From the NCBI GenBank assembly GCA_965198225.1, contig CBDAOY010000009.1, positions 1,024,001 through 1,088,000 of the forward strand: a DNA stretch of 64,000 nucleotides, written 5' to 3'. Position numbers and translations under genes: made by a program. This DNA comes from Terriglobia bacterium. Lineage in GTDB: Bacteria; Acidobacteriota; Terriglobia; 20CM-2-55-15. Of this stretch, positions 54,382-64,000 are shown piece after piece. The stretch's first letter is position 1. The number at the start of each line of letters is the position of its first letter. A model generated the notes under the pieces. The model worked only from the letters and a program-made list of their open reading frames with translations. It was not told the DNA's origin and ran no database searches.

Positions 54382-57246
54382 ATGAAGTTTTTTAGAGGAA
54401 GAGTATCGCTGTTTGCCGCTTCTGTTCTGGTGCTCGCTCTGGCCGCACCAGCCTTCCCACAAGCCCTGACCGGAGGTATCAATGGAACGTCCACGGACGC
54501 TTCCGGCGCATTGATCCCGGGCGTGGAAGTGACAGTCAGCAGTCCGGCCATGATCGAAGGCTCACGATCTGCGATCACCAACGAAACGGGGAGCTATCGG
54601 TTTCCGCTACTGCCCCCAGGTAGCTACACCGTCACTTTTGTGCTTCCGGGTTTCGCGACACTGAATATTGAAGACGTGGTGGTGCCTGTCGGAACCACCA
54701 TGACGATTAACGGGACGCTGGAAGTGGCGACGGTTGCGGAAACAATCACCGTTGTCAGCGAGACACCGACGATCGACCTGCAGGATGCTGCAAAGTCCAT
54801 CAACTGGGGCAAGCAGGGTCTGGAGGATCTTCCCTACGGTCGCGCCATACGCGGTCTGACGGCGATGATTCCGGGGATGGTCAATCGACAGTATGACGTC
54901 GGTGGAAACACAAAGGGAGGTCCGGCCGGCGTAGGCTCCCGCTCGTATGGGCGAAGAGACGGCGACGTGGTGATGTACGACGGCATGGTGTGGGATCAGA
55001 CCTTTGGCGACTACGCCGCTTTCGAGGAAGTCCAGATCACGTCCGCCGCAAAAGGCGCCGAATCGATGAATCCGGGTTCAACACTGAGCTTCGTGATCAA
55101 GTCGGGCAGCAACGATTTCCACGGGACAACCTACATGGACTGGGAGGACGACAGCTTCCAGAGCGACAACATAGGCGAGGACCTGTTGGCCCAGGGATTC
55201 AAGCCGTCGAGCAACAAGTTCACTCGCTTCAACGAGTTCAACTTCGACATCGGCGGTCCAATCATCAGGGACAAGTTCTGGTTCTACGTCTCGTGGGGCG
55301 ACATGTACTCGGGACTGCTGATTCCCGGTTTCATTTCCCTCGAGACAGGCCAGCCGCAGACCTTCTTCACCAGCCTGAAGACTTTAACTACCAAGTTTAC
55401 CTACCAACTGACCAACAGCATGAAGCTGGAAAGCCACGGATCATTTGGTCGGAAGTGGCAGCCCTACCGCAATGCCGGGTCGGCCGTTCCGGCCGAAGCC
55501 ACGCACGATCAGCTCTCCTACACGGGTACCGGTCCGACGCTGAAATTGACCAACATCATCAGCCCAACGATGACGATGGACGTGGCGCTGAGCCGGGGCG
55601 GCTACTACTGGCCCAGCCGATCGCACACGACCGACATCCGGCAGTTCGACCGCGCGACCGGGGAGACACGTGGCTCCTGGAACGTGCGTTACCTGCGTCC
55701 GATCCGCTGGCAGTATGACGCCAACTTCAGCTGGTTCGGCGAAATCGGCGGGCGGAACAACGAGATCAAGACCGGCACTCTGAACTGGTGGAGCAAGTCC
55801 TATCGTCTGAATTTCGGATTCCCGAACCAACAGGAGTACCACTACCGTAGCCAGCCGGGCGACGCGACTTTCTTCGAGCGGCCGAATCGGGTCCGTGTGT
55901 ACGACTATCCGAACAACGAGATGAGTGTCGAAAGCTACAAATCGTGGTACATCAACGACAAGCTCACGGTGAACAATCATCTGACGCTCAACTTCGGCAT
56001 CCGGTGGGACCACTATTCGTCTTACCTGCCCGAGCAGGGCAACCCGGGAGACGGCCCGTTCGCCACGAAGAACCTCTTTGCGGAAAACCGGGATTTCCCG
56101 GTGTACAACTCCGTCGTGCCGCGACTTTCGATGGTCTACGACGTGACCGGTGAAGGCAAGGTGGCGCTCAAGGCCAGCTACGGCCGGTACGCCGGAGGCG
56201 GCTCCGGAAGCCGAACCATTCCAGCCCCCAACGCCCGTCACGTGAACCCGGCCGGGAGGACGAGATGGCAGTACGCTTGGGACGGCACCATTCCCTACGT
56301 TCCGAACCCGGCGGATCTGCAGACGGTCTCAGGAGGCGGAGGCGGAATCCAGCGGATCGACTCGAACGTGGAACTTCCCTATATGGACGAGTACACGGCG
56401 GGAATCGAGCTGGGTTTCACCCGCGACATGACGATGCGGTTCAACGTGGTCCGAAAACAGGATTTCGGTGGGTTCTACGTCAAGGATCTGGCCCGGCCTT
56501 ACGAAGCGTATACGGACGTTCGGTACGCGGTGGATCCGGGCCGGGATAACGTCGAGGGAACCGCCGACGACGGCCAGTTGCAGGCGTGGTCGGTTCCCAG
56601 GAGCTGGCCGACGTTTGCCGACGTCAACGAGCTCTTTACGAACGTGGCCAATGATGAGGCCAAAGACGTGTACACGTCTTATGAAGCGACGTTCAACAAG
56701 CGGCACGCGGGCGGCTGGTCGATACTGGCCAGCTACCAGTCGGACTTTGCCAAGATCCGCTGTTCGGAGCGCCGTAGCCGCGGATGTGATCTCATCCCGC
56801 AGAACCCGAACGACCTGCTCTACACTTTCAACCTTCCGAGGTGGCACCACTCGCTGAAGCTTCACGGCCAGTACGACCTGCCCTATGGCGTGATGTTCTC
56901 CAGTTCTTTCCGATCGCAGAGCGGCGATTACTATGGCCGGGAAGCGCTGATGCGGAATGCGCTGAACTCTACGGTCGTCGTACCGGTCGAAGAGCAGGCC
57001 GGTCGCCTCCCCCGTGTGAACCTGTGGGACAATCGCTTTTCGAAGACGTTCCAGATCAACGATCGTCACTCGATCGAAGCGATGATCGACTTTTTCAACA
57101 CGCTGAATGTCAGTACCGTCCTGAGGGTCGAGACACGGAACGGTCCGAGATTCGGACTGGTGCGGTCTGCCGGTACGGGCGCGACTTCGGCGAGTCCGAT
57201 CGTTCCCGGGCGGATCTTCCGTCTGGCGGCGCGTTGGAGGTTCTGA
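54382..57246 (+). CDS. TonB-dependent receptor, paralog of 48835-51729
   Basis: DASGALIPGVEVT, KSGSNDFHG, GGPIIRDKFWF; C-terminal RWRF; GGAGG RBS before ATG 54382. Confidence 0.9.
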   Translation: MKFFRGRVSLFAASVLVLALAAPAFPQALTGGINGTSTDASGALIPGVEVTVSSPAMIEGSRSAITNETGSYRFPLLPPGSYTVTFVLPGFATLNIEDVVVPVGTTMTINGTLEVATVAETITVVSETPTIDLQDAAKSINWGKQGLEDLPYGRAIRGLTAMIPGMVNRQYDVGGNTKGGPAGVGSRSYGRRDGDVVMYDGMVWDQTFGDYAAFEEVQITSAAKGAESMNPGSTLSFVIKSGSNDFHGTTYMDWEDDSFQSDNIGEDLLAQGFKPSSNKFTRFNEFNFDIGGPIIRDKFWFYVSWGDMYSGLLIPGFISLETGQPQTFFTSLKTLTTKFTYQLTNSMKLESHGSFGRKWQPYRNAGSAVPAEATHDQLSYTGTGPTLKLTNIISPTMTMDVALSRGGYYWPSRSHTTDIRQFDRATGETRGSWNVRYLRPIRWQYDANFSWFGEIGGRNNEIKTGTLNWWSKSYRLNFGFPNQQEYHYRSQPGDATFFERPNRVRVYDYPNNEMSVESYKSWYINDKLTVNNHLTLNFGIRWDHYSSYLPEQGNPGDGPFATKNLFAENRDFPVYNSVVPRLSMVYDVTGEGKVALKASYGRYAGGGSGSRTIPAPNARHVNPAGRTRWQYAWDGTIPYVPNPADLQTVSGGGGGIQRIDSNVELPYMDEYTAGIELGFTRDMTMRFNVVRKQDFGGFYVKDLARPYEAYTDVRYAVDPGRDNVEGTADDGQLQAWSVPRSWPTFADVNELFTNVANDEAKDVYTSYEATFNKRHAGGWSILASYQSDFAKIRCSERRSRGCDLIPQNPNDLLYTFNLPRWHHSLKLHGQYDLPYGVMFSSSFRSQSGDYYGREALMRNALNSTVVVPVEEQAGRLPRVNLWDNRFSKTFQINDRHSIEAMIDFFNTLNVSTVLRVETRNGPRFGLVRSAGTGATSASPIVPGRIFRLAARWRF

Positions 57247-57281
57247 GACAGCGACTGGCGGGTGAAAACCCGCGGTTGGGG

Positions 57282-57310
57282 AGGGGCGGCCGTTCAGGCC
57301 GCCCCTTTTT
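57282..57310 (+). terminator. Intrinsic terminator
   Basis: aggggcggcc-gttca-ggccgcccc followed by ttttt. Confidence 0.8.
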
Positions 57311-57329
57311 CGGTATAGGAGGCAACCCC

Positions 57330-59315
57330 GTGAAGCGAATCCTATTTTCTCTCGTTTTGATGGCCTGTTTGCCGGCGCCAGCGTTCTCTCAGGGATTGCA
57401 GCTCGACGACTGGTACCGGCTCGATCGTCTCTCCGACGCACAGTTCGCTCCCGACGGTCAGTCGATCGCTTTCGTGGTCACACGGGCGGATCCCGAGCAG
57501 CAGCGCAACTTGTCTCACATCTGGTTGGTGGCGGCCGACGGCGAGAGCGAACCGTATCCGTTCACTACAGGTTCCGCGAGCGAGACGCACCCCCGATGGT
57601 CACCGGATGGAAAGCGCCTGGCCTTTCTCACCAGACGGGCAGAAGATGCGCGATCCCAGATCTACGTGCTGCAGGCAGGTGGGGGAGAGGCGGTTCGCGT
57701 CACGGATTTCGAGAATGGTGTGCAGGACTTTGTCTGGTCTCCCGACAGCACCCGGTTCGCGGTGGTCACCCGAACGGGCCCTCGAATGGATCCGAACGAT
57801 CCGCTTGCCGGCGTGATCGTGATCCGCACTGCCCGCTATGACCAGGATCGACGTGGCTACTTCGGAAACCTCCGTTCTCATATCTTTGTCGTCGGCGCGG
57901 CCACGGGGGAAAGCACTCAGATCACCGAGGGTGGGGACGACAACACGAACCCGGCCTGGTCTCCCGACGGGGAGTGGATCGCCTTCGTCTCCGATCGGAC
58001 CGGCCGTGCCTTCGAAGGCAGTCGCAACACCGACGTTTTCGTCGTTCCCGCGACCGGAGGCGAACCCCGGCGTATTTCTTCGCACGAAGGAGCCGACGGC
58101 AATCCGGTCTTTTCTCCGGACGGGGAATCGATCGCCTTTACGGGCGCAGTCGGGCGAACCGATCAATCCGATATCTGGATGGCGCCCGTTGGTGGCGGTA
58201 GGGCCGTCAACCTGACCGAGTCGTTCGACGAGCGCCTCGGCGCGTTTGTCTGGGTCGAAAAGGGAATCTTCTTCACCGCCAGGAGGCAGGGAACCACACC
58301 GCTGTTCAAGCTCGACGTGGCGGCCCGGGAGGCGGAGATCGTCGACGGTGAAGGAATGCGGGTCAACTCCTTCAGCATCTCCGACGCCGGAGACTGGGTC
58401 TACATCCAGGACGGCTTCCGGCATCCTGGCGACATCCACATCACCCGGGAAAACAACAGGCGTCGCTCGCGTCGCGTGACCGACTCTCACCGGGAACTGG
58501 TCCGGGAGCGCACGATGGTCGCCGCTGAAGAGTTCTGGTACGAAGCCGACGATGGCTTCGATATCCAGGGCTGGTTCGTCAAGCCGCTCGGGTTCGAGGA
58601 GGGCAGGGAGTACCCGCTCATTCTGCGCATCCACGGCGGGCCCGCCGGAATGTACGGCATCGCGTTCGATCACGAAGTCCAGGTCATGGCCGCCCGGGGG
58701 TACGCCATGGTCTACGTCAACCCACGGGGCAGTTCCGGTTACGGGCAGACCTTCGTCCGGGCCAACGATCAGGATTGGGGCGGGGGCGACTTTGGAGACA
58801 TCATGCAAGGCGTCGACACCGTCCTGGCCGAACACGACTGGATCGATGCCGACCGCATGGCCATCTACGGTTGCAGCTATGGTGGTTTTATGACAAGCCT
58901 GGCGATCACCCGGACCGACCGTTTCGCAGCCGCCGCACCCGAATGCATCATCTCGAACTGGATCAGTTTCTGGGGGACCTACGACAACGCCTACAACCAC
59001 GAAGTCGCCTGGGGCGGCTCCCCGTGGGAAGTCTACGATCTCATGTGGGAGCGCTCGCCGCTGAAGCACGCCCGGAACGTCAAGACGCCGGCGTTGTTCA
59101 TCCAGGGCGAGGCGGATGAACGAACGCCCGCCGATCAGGTCGAGCAGATGTTCCGCGCGTTGAAGCGTAACGGCGTGGATGCGGAGTTAGTGCGGTACCC
59201 CGGGGAGAACCACGGCCACTTTCAAAACGGAAAACCCGCCCATTACGTGGATCGGATCCGACGGATTCTTGCGTGGTTCGACAAGTACACCAATACGAAC
59301 CCGCCGTCGAACTGA
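57330..59315 (+). CDS. S9 family peptidase (acylaminoacyl-peptidase-like), secreted
   Basis: AGGAGG then GTG start; WSPDG repeats; IHGGP, GCSYGG, QGEADER, YPGENH. Confidence 0.93.
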   Translation: MKRILFSLVLMACLPAPAFSQGLQLDDWYRLDRLSDAQFAPDGQSIAFVVTRADPEQQRNLSHIWLVAADGESEPYPFTTGSASETHPRWSPDGKRLAFLTRRAEDARSQIYVLQAGGGEAVRVTDFENGVQDFVWSPDSTRFAVVTRTGPRMDPNDPLAGVIVIRTARYDQDRRGYFGNLRSHIFVVGAATGESTQITEGGDDNTNPAWSPDGEWIAFVSDRTGRAFEGSRNTDVFVVPATGGEPRRISSHEGADGNPVFSPDGESIAFTGAVGRTDQSDIWMAPVGGGRAVNLTESFDERLGAFVWVEKGIFFTARRQGTTPLFKLDVAAREAEIVDGEGMRVNSFSISDAGDWVYIQDGFRHPGDIHITRENNRRRSRRVTDSHRELVRERTMVAAEEFWYEADDGFDIQGWFVKPLGFEEGREYPLILRIHGGPAGMYGIAFDHEVQVMAARGYAMVYVNPRGSSGYGQTFVRANDQDWGGGDFGDIMQGVDTVLAEHDWIDADRMAIYGCSYGGFMTSLAITRTDRFAAAAPECIISNWISFWGTYDNAYNHEVAWGGSPWEVYDLMWERSPLKHARNVKTPALFIQGEADERTPADQVEQMFRALKRNGVDAELVRYPGENHGHFQNGKPAHYVDRIRRILAWFDKYTNTNPPSN

Positions 59316-59347
59316 TCAAAGGGGCAGGCCCGATTTCCTTCAGCTTG

Positions 59348-59418
59348 GTGTAGGGGCGCTCTATGAGCGCACATCGTTTCGGAGCGAAGAATTGTGCGGT
59401 CATAGAGCGCACCTACAC
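59348..59418. repeat. REPIN between convergent genes
   Basis: gtgtaggggcgctctatgagcgcac...gtgcggtcatagagcgcacctacac. Confidence 0.88.
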
Positions 59419-59431
59419 CGAGAACGCGCCC

Positions 59432-59881
59432 CTAGCCCGGCGGTTTGAAGTAGAGCACCATTCCCGCGCCGCCCGCGGCGAACAGGAAACCCAGGTACAG
59501 CAGGGGATTCGGCGAAGTCTCGGGAGGGTGTAGCCACATCGAGACGACGACGTTCACGAGCGGCGCCCCTCCGAAGACGATCGGCATCACGTAGGTCGGC
59601 ACTCCGCCCGCCCGGAATGCGTAGATGATGCAGACCGCCCCGATGGCCCCCAGTGCGCCGGCGAAGGTCGCCATCGTGGCGCCCTGCCGTGTGAATCCAC
59701 TCAATTCACCCGACGTGGAGAGTGAAGCAACCGGCACAAGCACGCCGATCAAGAAATAGGCCAGGCCGACGCACAGCAGCGCGCGAAGCGGGTTGCCCAG
59801 GGCCACCTGCCCCTGGTGGAGCGTCGGTCCATACATTCCCCAGGACACCACAGCTCCCAGGGCAAAAATTAACCAGAACAT
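59432..59881 (-). CDS. Small integral membrane protein (5 TM, EamA/DMT-like half)
   Basis: SWGMYGP, AGALGAIGA, VMPIVFGGAP; start at the RBS-preceded ATG 59881. Confidence 0.75.
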   Translation of the reverse strand: MFWLIFALGAVVSWGMYGPTLHQGQVALGNPLRALLCVGLAYFLIGVLVPVASLSTSGELSGFTRQGATMATFAGALGAIGAVCIIYAFRAGGVPTYVMPIVFGGAPLVNVVVSMWLHPPETSPNPLLYLGFLFAAGGAGMVLYFKPPG

Positions 59882-60092
59882 TGATTTTCCTCGTGGTTTG
59901 TGGCTATTGCTCATTGGCGATTAGCGATCAGCTGTTTCCCGTTCTGTATCCATTCATGTGGGGAATCGTTCCCATTTCGAAAACGGAGAGGGGTGGCCGG
60001 CGGCCCCGACCTCCCTCTTACCCTGTTCAGGTTTTGGATCTTACCGGAGGGAACGTGTGCGGGGCTTCCCAGTACGCTTCTACGGGGAATCG

Positions 60093-61136
60093 CTACCGGG
60101 GCGGCGGCCCCTGATTCAACATCTGCTTCAGATCATCGACCCGCTTCTGGTACGCCTCGAGGTTCGTGTCGTCCGGATGCTCCGCCAGATACGTCTCCAA
60201 CTGCTCCAGAGCCAGGAAAGGTCGTCTCGACCTCATGTAGACGTTGACCAGCTGGAGTCGGGCCGGGCCGGAGGTCTCTGGCGCGATCGACACCGAGCGC
60301 AACAGGCTTTCCTCGGCTTTCGCGTATGCCCCCATCTTGTAATAGGCCGAGCCGATGTAGAAACTGTCGTCGGCGGAGGCCGCCCCCAGTTCGATCCGGC
60401 CCGATAGCGCTCCCACCGCGGCGGGGAACTGCCCGGTTTCATAGTACAGCCGCCCGAGCCAGCTCAGGCCGTCCGCCGCCGACGGATTGATTTCGACGGC
60501 TTTCTTCAGGGACACGATCGCCTGTTCGGCGTCGCCGGCGCGCTGGTGCGCGAAGCCCAAGTCGAGGTGTGCGTCGTAGTAATCGGGGGCCATCTCCAGT
60601 GCTTCTTCCAGACGGTCGATGCCCTTGTCCTCTTTGCCCTTCTGAAACTCTTCGAGGGCATCCTCGTACTTCTCGAATGCTTTCTTCGGGATTTTGACGC
60701 GCAAAGCTGTAACGTCCGCAACCGGGTCACCGCCTTCTGCGACTGTTCGTGGAAACAGTGAGACAGTGACTTGGATCATCGCGAACGTGCTGTTGTCCAC
60801 GATGACTCGTTGCCGGATATAGTTGTAGCGCTCGCTTTCGATGACGATCCAGTAAGTGCCGTATCGGACGTTGTTGAACCGGAAGAGGCCGTTGGTGGTT
60901 GCCTGCATCCGGCCGATCACGGTCGATTCGTCGGACCCGCGTAATTCGACGTCGACCAATGCTGGTTCGGCTCCAGCTTCCCAGGTGATCTGGCCCTCCA
61001 ATGGAAAGCCGCCTTCGACGCTTTGACGGACCGATGCGGGCAGAATCGCGTCGCGTGGGATCTCGAATGGGACTCGAGGCTGTTGAACAGGCTGTTGAAC
61101 AGACAAGAGAGCCATGAAGAGATAAACGATCATCAT
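60093..61136 (-). CDS. Carboxypeptidase-regulatory-like domain plus TPR protein
   Basis: Signal-like N-terminus; NGLFRF..V..GTY; IPKKA..KY motif; TPR helices. Confidence 0.8.
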   Translation of the reverse strand: MMIVYLFMALLSVQQPVQQPRVPFEIPRDAILPASVRQSVEGGFPLEGQITWEAGAEPALVDVELRGSDESTVIGRMQATTNGLFRFNNVRYGTYWIVIESERYNYIRQRVIVDNSTFAMIQVTVSLFPRTVAEGGDPVADVTALRVKIPKKAFEKYEDALEEFQKGKEDKGIDRLEEALEMAPDYYDAHLDLGFAHQRAGDAEQAIVSLKKAVEINPSAADGLSWLGRLYYETGQFPAAVGALSGRIELGAASADDSFYIGSAYYKMGAYAKAEESLLRSVSIAPETSGPARLQLVNVYMRSRRPFLALEQLETYLAEHPDDTNLEAYQKRVDDLKQMLNQGPPPR

Positions 61137-61268
61137 CCTAACCAGTTGTTTTGAGAGCCTTTTGTTTTCGACATGCTACACCCTGTCCTATCCGGAGCCA
61201 ACGGATTTACCGCCGAAAGGCGAGCACCGCCAGGAATTGAACGCGGATCGCGTACCGAACACCTTCTT

Positions 61269-62507
61269 TCAGTTCAGCGTCCACAGCGTCAGCGTCGAGA
61301 CATCTTTGACGAAGATACGGTTCCCTGCGATGGTCGGGTGGGCCCAGGTCGCGCTGTCGGCGACGGTATACAGCCGAAGGGGGGTGAGCCCGTTGCGGCC
61401 CGCGCGTGCGACCCTCAGTTCCGCATCGTATTCCAGCATGAACAACAGGTCGCCTGCTCCGAGGATCGCGGCGTTGGTGGCCTGCCGCCCTTCGCTCGTC
61501 CACAGGGTCGTTCCGGTCTCCGCATCGAGAGCGAAGTACTGGCCGCTGTTTCGATGCGATAGCCCGAAAAGCACGCCGCCGACGACAACGCCGTTCGTCA
61601 TGTAGAGAGAAAACGCCGGGTTTTCCCAGATGTTCTCGGTGACCCATCCGTTATCTCGACGGAGCACGGTGAAAGCCGTGGTCGGGTTACCGAGACCCGA
61701 CACGATGACCGAGCGGCCATGGAGAATCGGCGTGATCGTGTTTTGCGTCGACCGGGTCGTAAACGGCCGTCGCCAGAGCAGCTCGCCGGTCGATGCCGAA
61801 ACGCCGATCAGGTTCTCCTGGGTGAAGGTGATCACGTGTCTCAGACCGTCGAACTCCGCGATGACCGGTGACCCGTAGGCCGGGCCGTCTCCATCCCAAC
61901 TCCATTCCACGGTTCCGGTCTCACGGTTGAAAGCCGTCAGGGCGCCTCGATCGTGTCCACCGACGTGCACGATCACCCGCTCGCCGTCGACAAGCGGTGA
62001 CATCGACGTCCCATAGAGCGGTCCGACGCGATCGGCTTCCGTTCGCCAGAGGTGTTCACCGGAGTTCGCATCGAACGCGCTCACGATGCCGCTCATGCCC
62101 AGCGTGTAGAGCCGGTCCTCGGCGAAGGTTGGCGTTGCCTTGGGGCCCGGCCCGTGACGGCGGGCCGCCGGATTCATCCTGAATGGCGCCGCATAGCCCG
62201 TTTGCCAGATCACATCGCCGGTCGCGGCGTCGAGCGCCATCATGACTTCGTCTTCGTCCTGGCGGGCGTGCATGTAGATGCGGTCGCCCACGAGAATCGG
62301 CGTGGCGTAGCCGGACCCAACCTCGACCGTCCATTCCTGATTCAGGCTCTCGGGCCACGAAGCCGGTTCGCGAAACGAAATCACGACGCCATCCCGGTTC
62401 GGTCCGCGCCACTGCGGCCAGTCCTGGGCCATTAAAACGTCACCGGCGATTGTCAATGCGCAGACCACGCTGATCAGCGCCAGGACGGATCGTTCTCGTA
62501 TCGTCAT
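61269..62507 (-). CDS. Secreted PQQ-binding-like beta-propeller protein
   Basis: DWPQWRGPNRDG, ALDAATG..IW, GPKATP, TWAHP. Confidence 0.9.
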   Translation of the reverse strand: MTIRERSVLALISVVCALTIAGDVLMAQDWPQWRGPNRDGVVISFREPASWPESLNQEWTVEVGSGYATPILVGDRIYMHARQDEDEVMMALDAATGDVIWQTGYAAPFRMNPAARRHGPGPKATPTFAEDRLYTLGMSGIVSAFDANSGEHLWRTEADRVGPLYGTSMSPLVDGERVIVHVGGHDRGALTAFNRETGTVEWSWDGDGPAYGSPVIAEFDGLRHVITFTQENLIGVSASTGELLWRRPFTTRSTQNTITPILHGRSVIVSGLGNPTTAFTVLRRDNGWVTENIWENPAFSLYMTNGVVVGGVLFGLSHRNSGQYFALDAETGTTLWTSEGRQATNAAILGAGDLLFMLEYDAELRVARAGRNGLTPLRLYTVADSATWAHPTIAGNRIFVKDVSTLTLWTLN

Positions 62508-62519
62508 TCAGCCTCTCCG

Positions 62520-63851
62520 TCAGTCGGGTAGGTCCTTGGCCGGTTCCGGCAACATGGTGCTTGCGATGAGCCCGACGGCGTACACAACCAGTGCTACGGT
62601 GGCCGCGGCGTATGCAAGGCGCGTGAATGGTGTCGGAGCCGGCATGTAGGTTGCGAGCTGCGTCGTCACGACGGCCGCAAATGTGCCGAACATGCGACCG
62701 CCGACATTCGCAGCGAAACTCTCACCGGTACCGCGCAGGTGTGTGGGGTAGACGCGGGGCAGGTAGTTGCCCCAGAAACTCATCTGGCCGACGGTGAGCA
62801 CTCCCGCAACCAACGCTCCCCATTTCAGTAGGTCCAGGTTGTTTACGGCCGGGAAGAAGAAGACCAGGGGAATGATCGCCACACCGGGTAGCAGGAAGAT
62901 ACGGATGAGTCGCACCCGGCTCAGGATGCGAATCGCGAGGAACGCCAGCAGGAGGCGTCCTGCCAGACCACCGCTTTCCTGGAAGAATTGGACGGCGCTG
63001 ACGACTTGCTGCTGCTGCTGAACCGGGAGGTCGACCACGCCCGGAAGCCCGGGCACGATTCGCGGCAGATGCTGCAGTGCGCCGAAAGCCGCGCCGTAGG
63101 TGCACGCCACCATCACCGCCGTCACGATCGTTGTCCTGCGGTAGGCCGGCGCGAACAGTTCGAAGATACTCGGCCGTTTCAAGGTGCCGGCGGCGCGTTT
63201 CTCCCGCCAGATCGGCGACTCAGGAAGGAAGGGCCGGATGATGATCAGGGGAATCGCGGGTATGAGCCCCGAGATCAGCGTATACCGCCAGGCGTCGTGG
63301 CCTCCGTAGATTGCGGGGAACGCATCCCCGTACGTTACCGCCATGTAATAGGCGCCGGTGACCATCAGCCCGCCGAAGGAGGAAAACGCCTGTGTGTAAC
63401 CCAGGACCGATTCCCGCTGTTTACGGTGGGTGAACAGCTCCGCAAGCCAAGTGATGCCCGCGACGAACTCGACGCTGACTCCGATGAACGTCGTGCACCG
63501 CAGTACCAGCAACATCGCAGCGGAGGTGGCGAAGCCCGCCGCGAAAGCTGAAAACGCATAAAGCAGGATGCTCCAGAGGAGGACCTGAAGCCGTCCGAAT
63601 CGATCGGTGAGGTAGCCACCCAGCAGGCCGAAGATACCGCCGCACACGGCGGGGACGTAGAAGAGCAGGCCAACCCACGTGTTGAACTCCGGTGTGCCGG
63701 GCGCGATGCCCTCCAGCGCCATCAACGCCGGCCGCACGATGAGCGGCAGCATCAGGAGTTCGTAGATGTCGAAGGCGAATCCCATCGCGGCGACGCCGCA
63801 GATGAGCCACTGCTGCCCGGTGAGTTTAGGAGCGATCGCGTCGTCAGCCAT
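62520..63851 (-). CDS. MFS transporter (12 TM)
   Basis: GFAFDIYE, GYLTDRFGR (motif A), LPESP, YPTHLRGTG. Confidence 0.9.
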   Translation of the reverse strand: MADDAIAPKLTGQQWLICGVAAMGFAFDIYELLMLPLIVRPALMALEGIAPGTPEFNTWVGLLFYVPAVCGGIFGLLGGYLTDRFGRLQVLLWSILLYAFSAFAAGFATSAAMLLVLRCTTFIGVSVEFVAGITWLAELFTHRKQRESVLGYTQAFSSFGGLMVTGAYYMAVTYGDAFPAIYGGHDAWRYTLISGLIPAIPLIIIRPFLPESPIWREKRAAGTLKRPSIFELFAPAYRRTTIVTAVMVACTYGAAFGALQHLPRIVPGLPGVVDLPVQQQQQVVSAVQFFQESGGLAGRLLLAFLAIRILSRVRLIRIFLLPGVAIIPLVFFFPAVNNLDLLKWGALVAGVLTVGQMSFWGNYLPRVYPTHLRGTGESFAANVGGRMFGTFAAVVTTQLATYMPAPTPFTRLAYAAATVALVVYAVGLIASTMLPEPAKDLPD

Positions 63852-64000
63852 TCCTGTACCCCTCGAAGAGTATCGCCGGACTCTAACACAGCCAACCGTA
63901 GACCAACCACCCTCCCAGGGTTTTTTGCAAAGCCTCGGAGAGCGTTTGCTACACTTCTACGATTCTTCGAGGATCGTCGAGTCGATGGTAAAAAGACGGC

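Noticed and set aside
56841-57329. N-terminal 163 aa of the 824-aa ORF
   Set aside because: Overlaps the TonB receptor and its terminator; the true start is GTG 57330 with AGGAGG and a signal peptide
11591-59418. Recurrent 25-bp palindromic repeats as a CRISPR array
   Set aside because: They are dispersed inverted pairs, not tandem direct repeats with unique spacers, and there are no cas genes; they fit REP/REPIN

Overview
GC-rich bacterial chromosomal window, most likely Acidobacteriota. That is an inference from three Oar-type TonB-dependent receptors with carboxypeptidase-regulatory N-termini, many PQQ-like beta-propellers and a CarboxypepD_reg-TPR protein. It holds about 45 CDS; glnS is the only clear housekeeping gene, and I found no rRNA, tRNA, CRISPR array or transposase. 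Main points: (1) an operon of an EhpF/GriC-like adenylase, a GriD/LuxC-like reductase, a CxxC-bearing GT4, a MacB/LolCDE-type ABC exporter and two secreted beta-propellers, with no phenazine or grixazone core genes; (2) a split PEP-synthase/rifamycin-phosphotransferase-like dikinase coupled to a DHA2 efflux pump; (3) a twin TonB-receptor locus with a Tat-exported VOC enzyme, a CxxCH cytochrome c/lectin-like fusion and an S9 peptidase; (4) many non-autonomous mobile elements: about 24 GTAG-REPs, mostly A/B heterodimer REPINs, a three-layer REP/MITE/REPIN nest, and two ~275-bp MITEs sharing a core but carrying different terminal repeats; (5) a damaged or mis-assembled tract at ~12.5-14.6 kb. All calls come from reading the sequence and recognising motifs; no searches were run.
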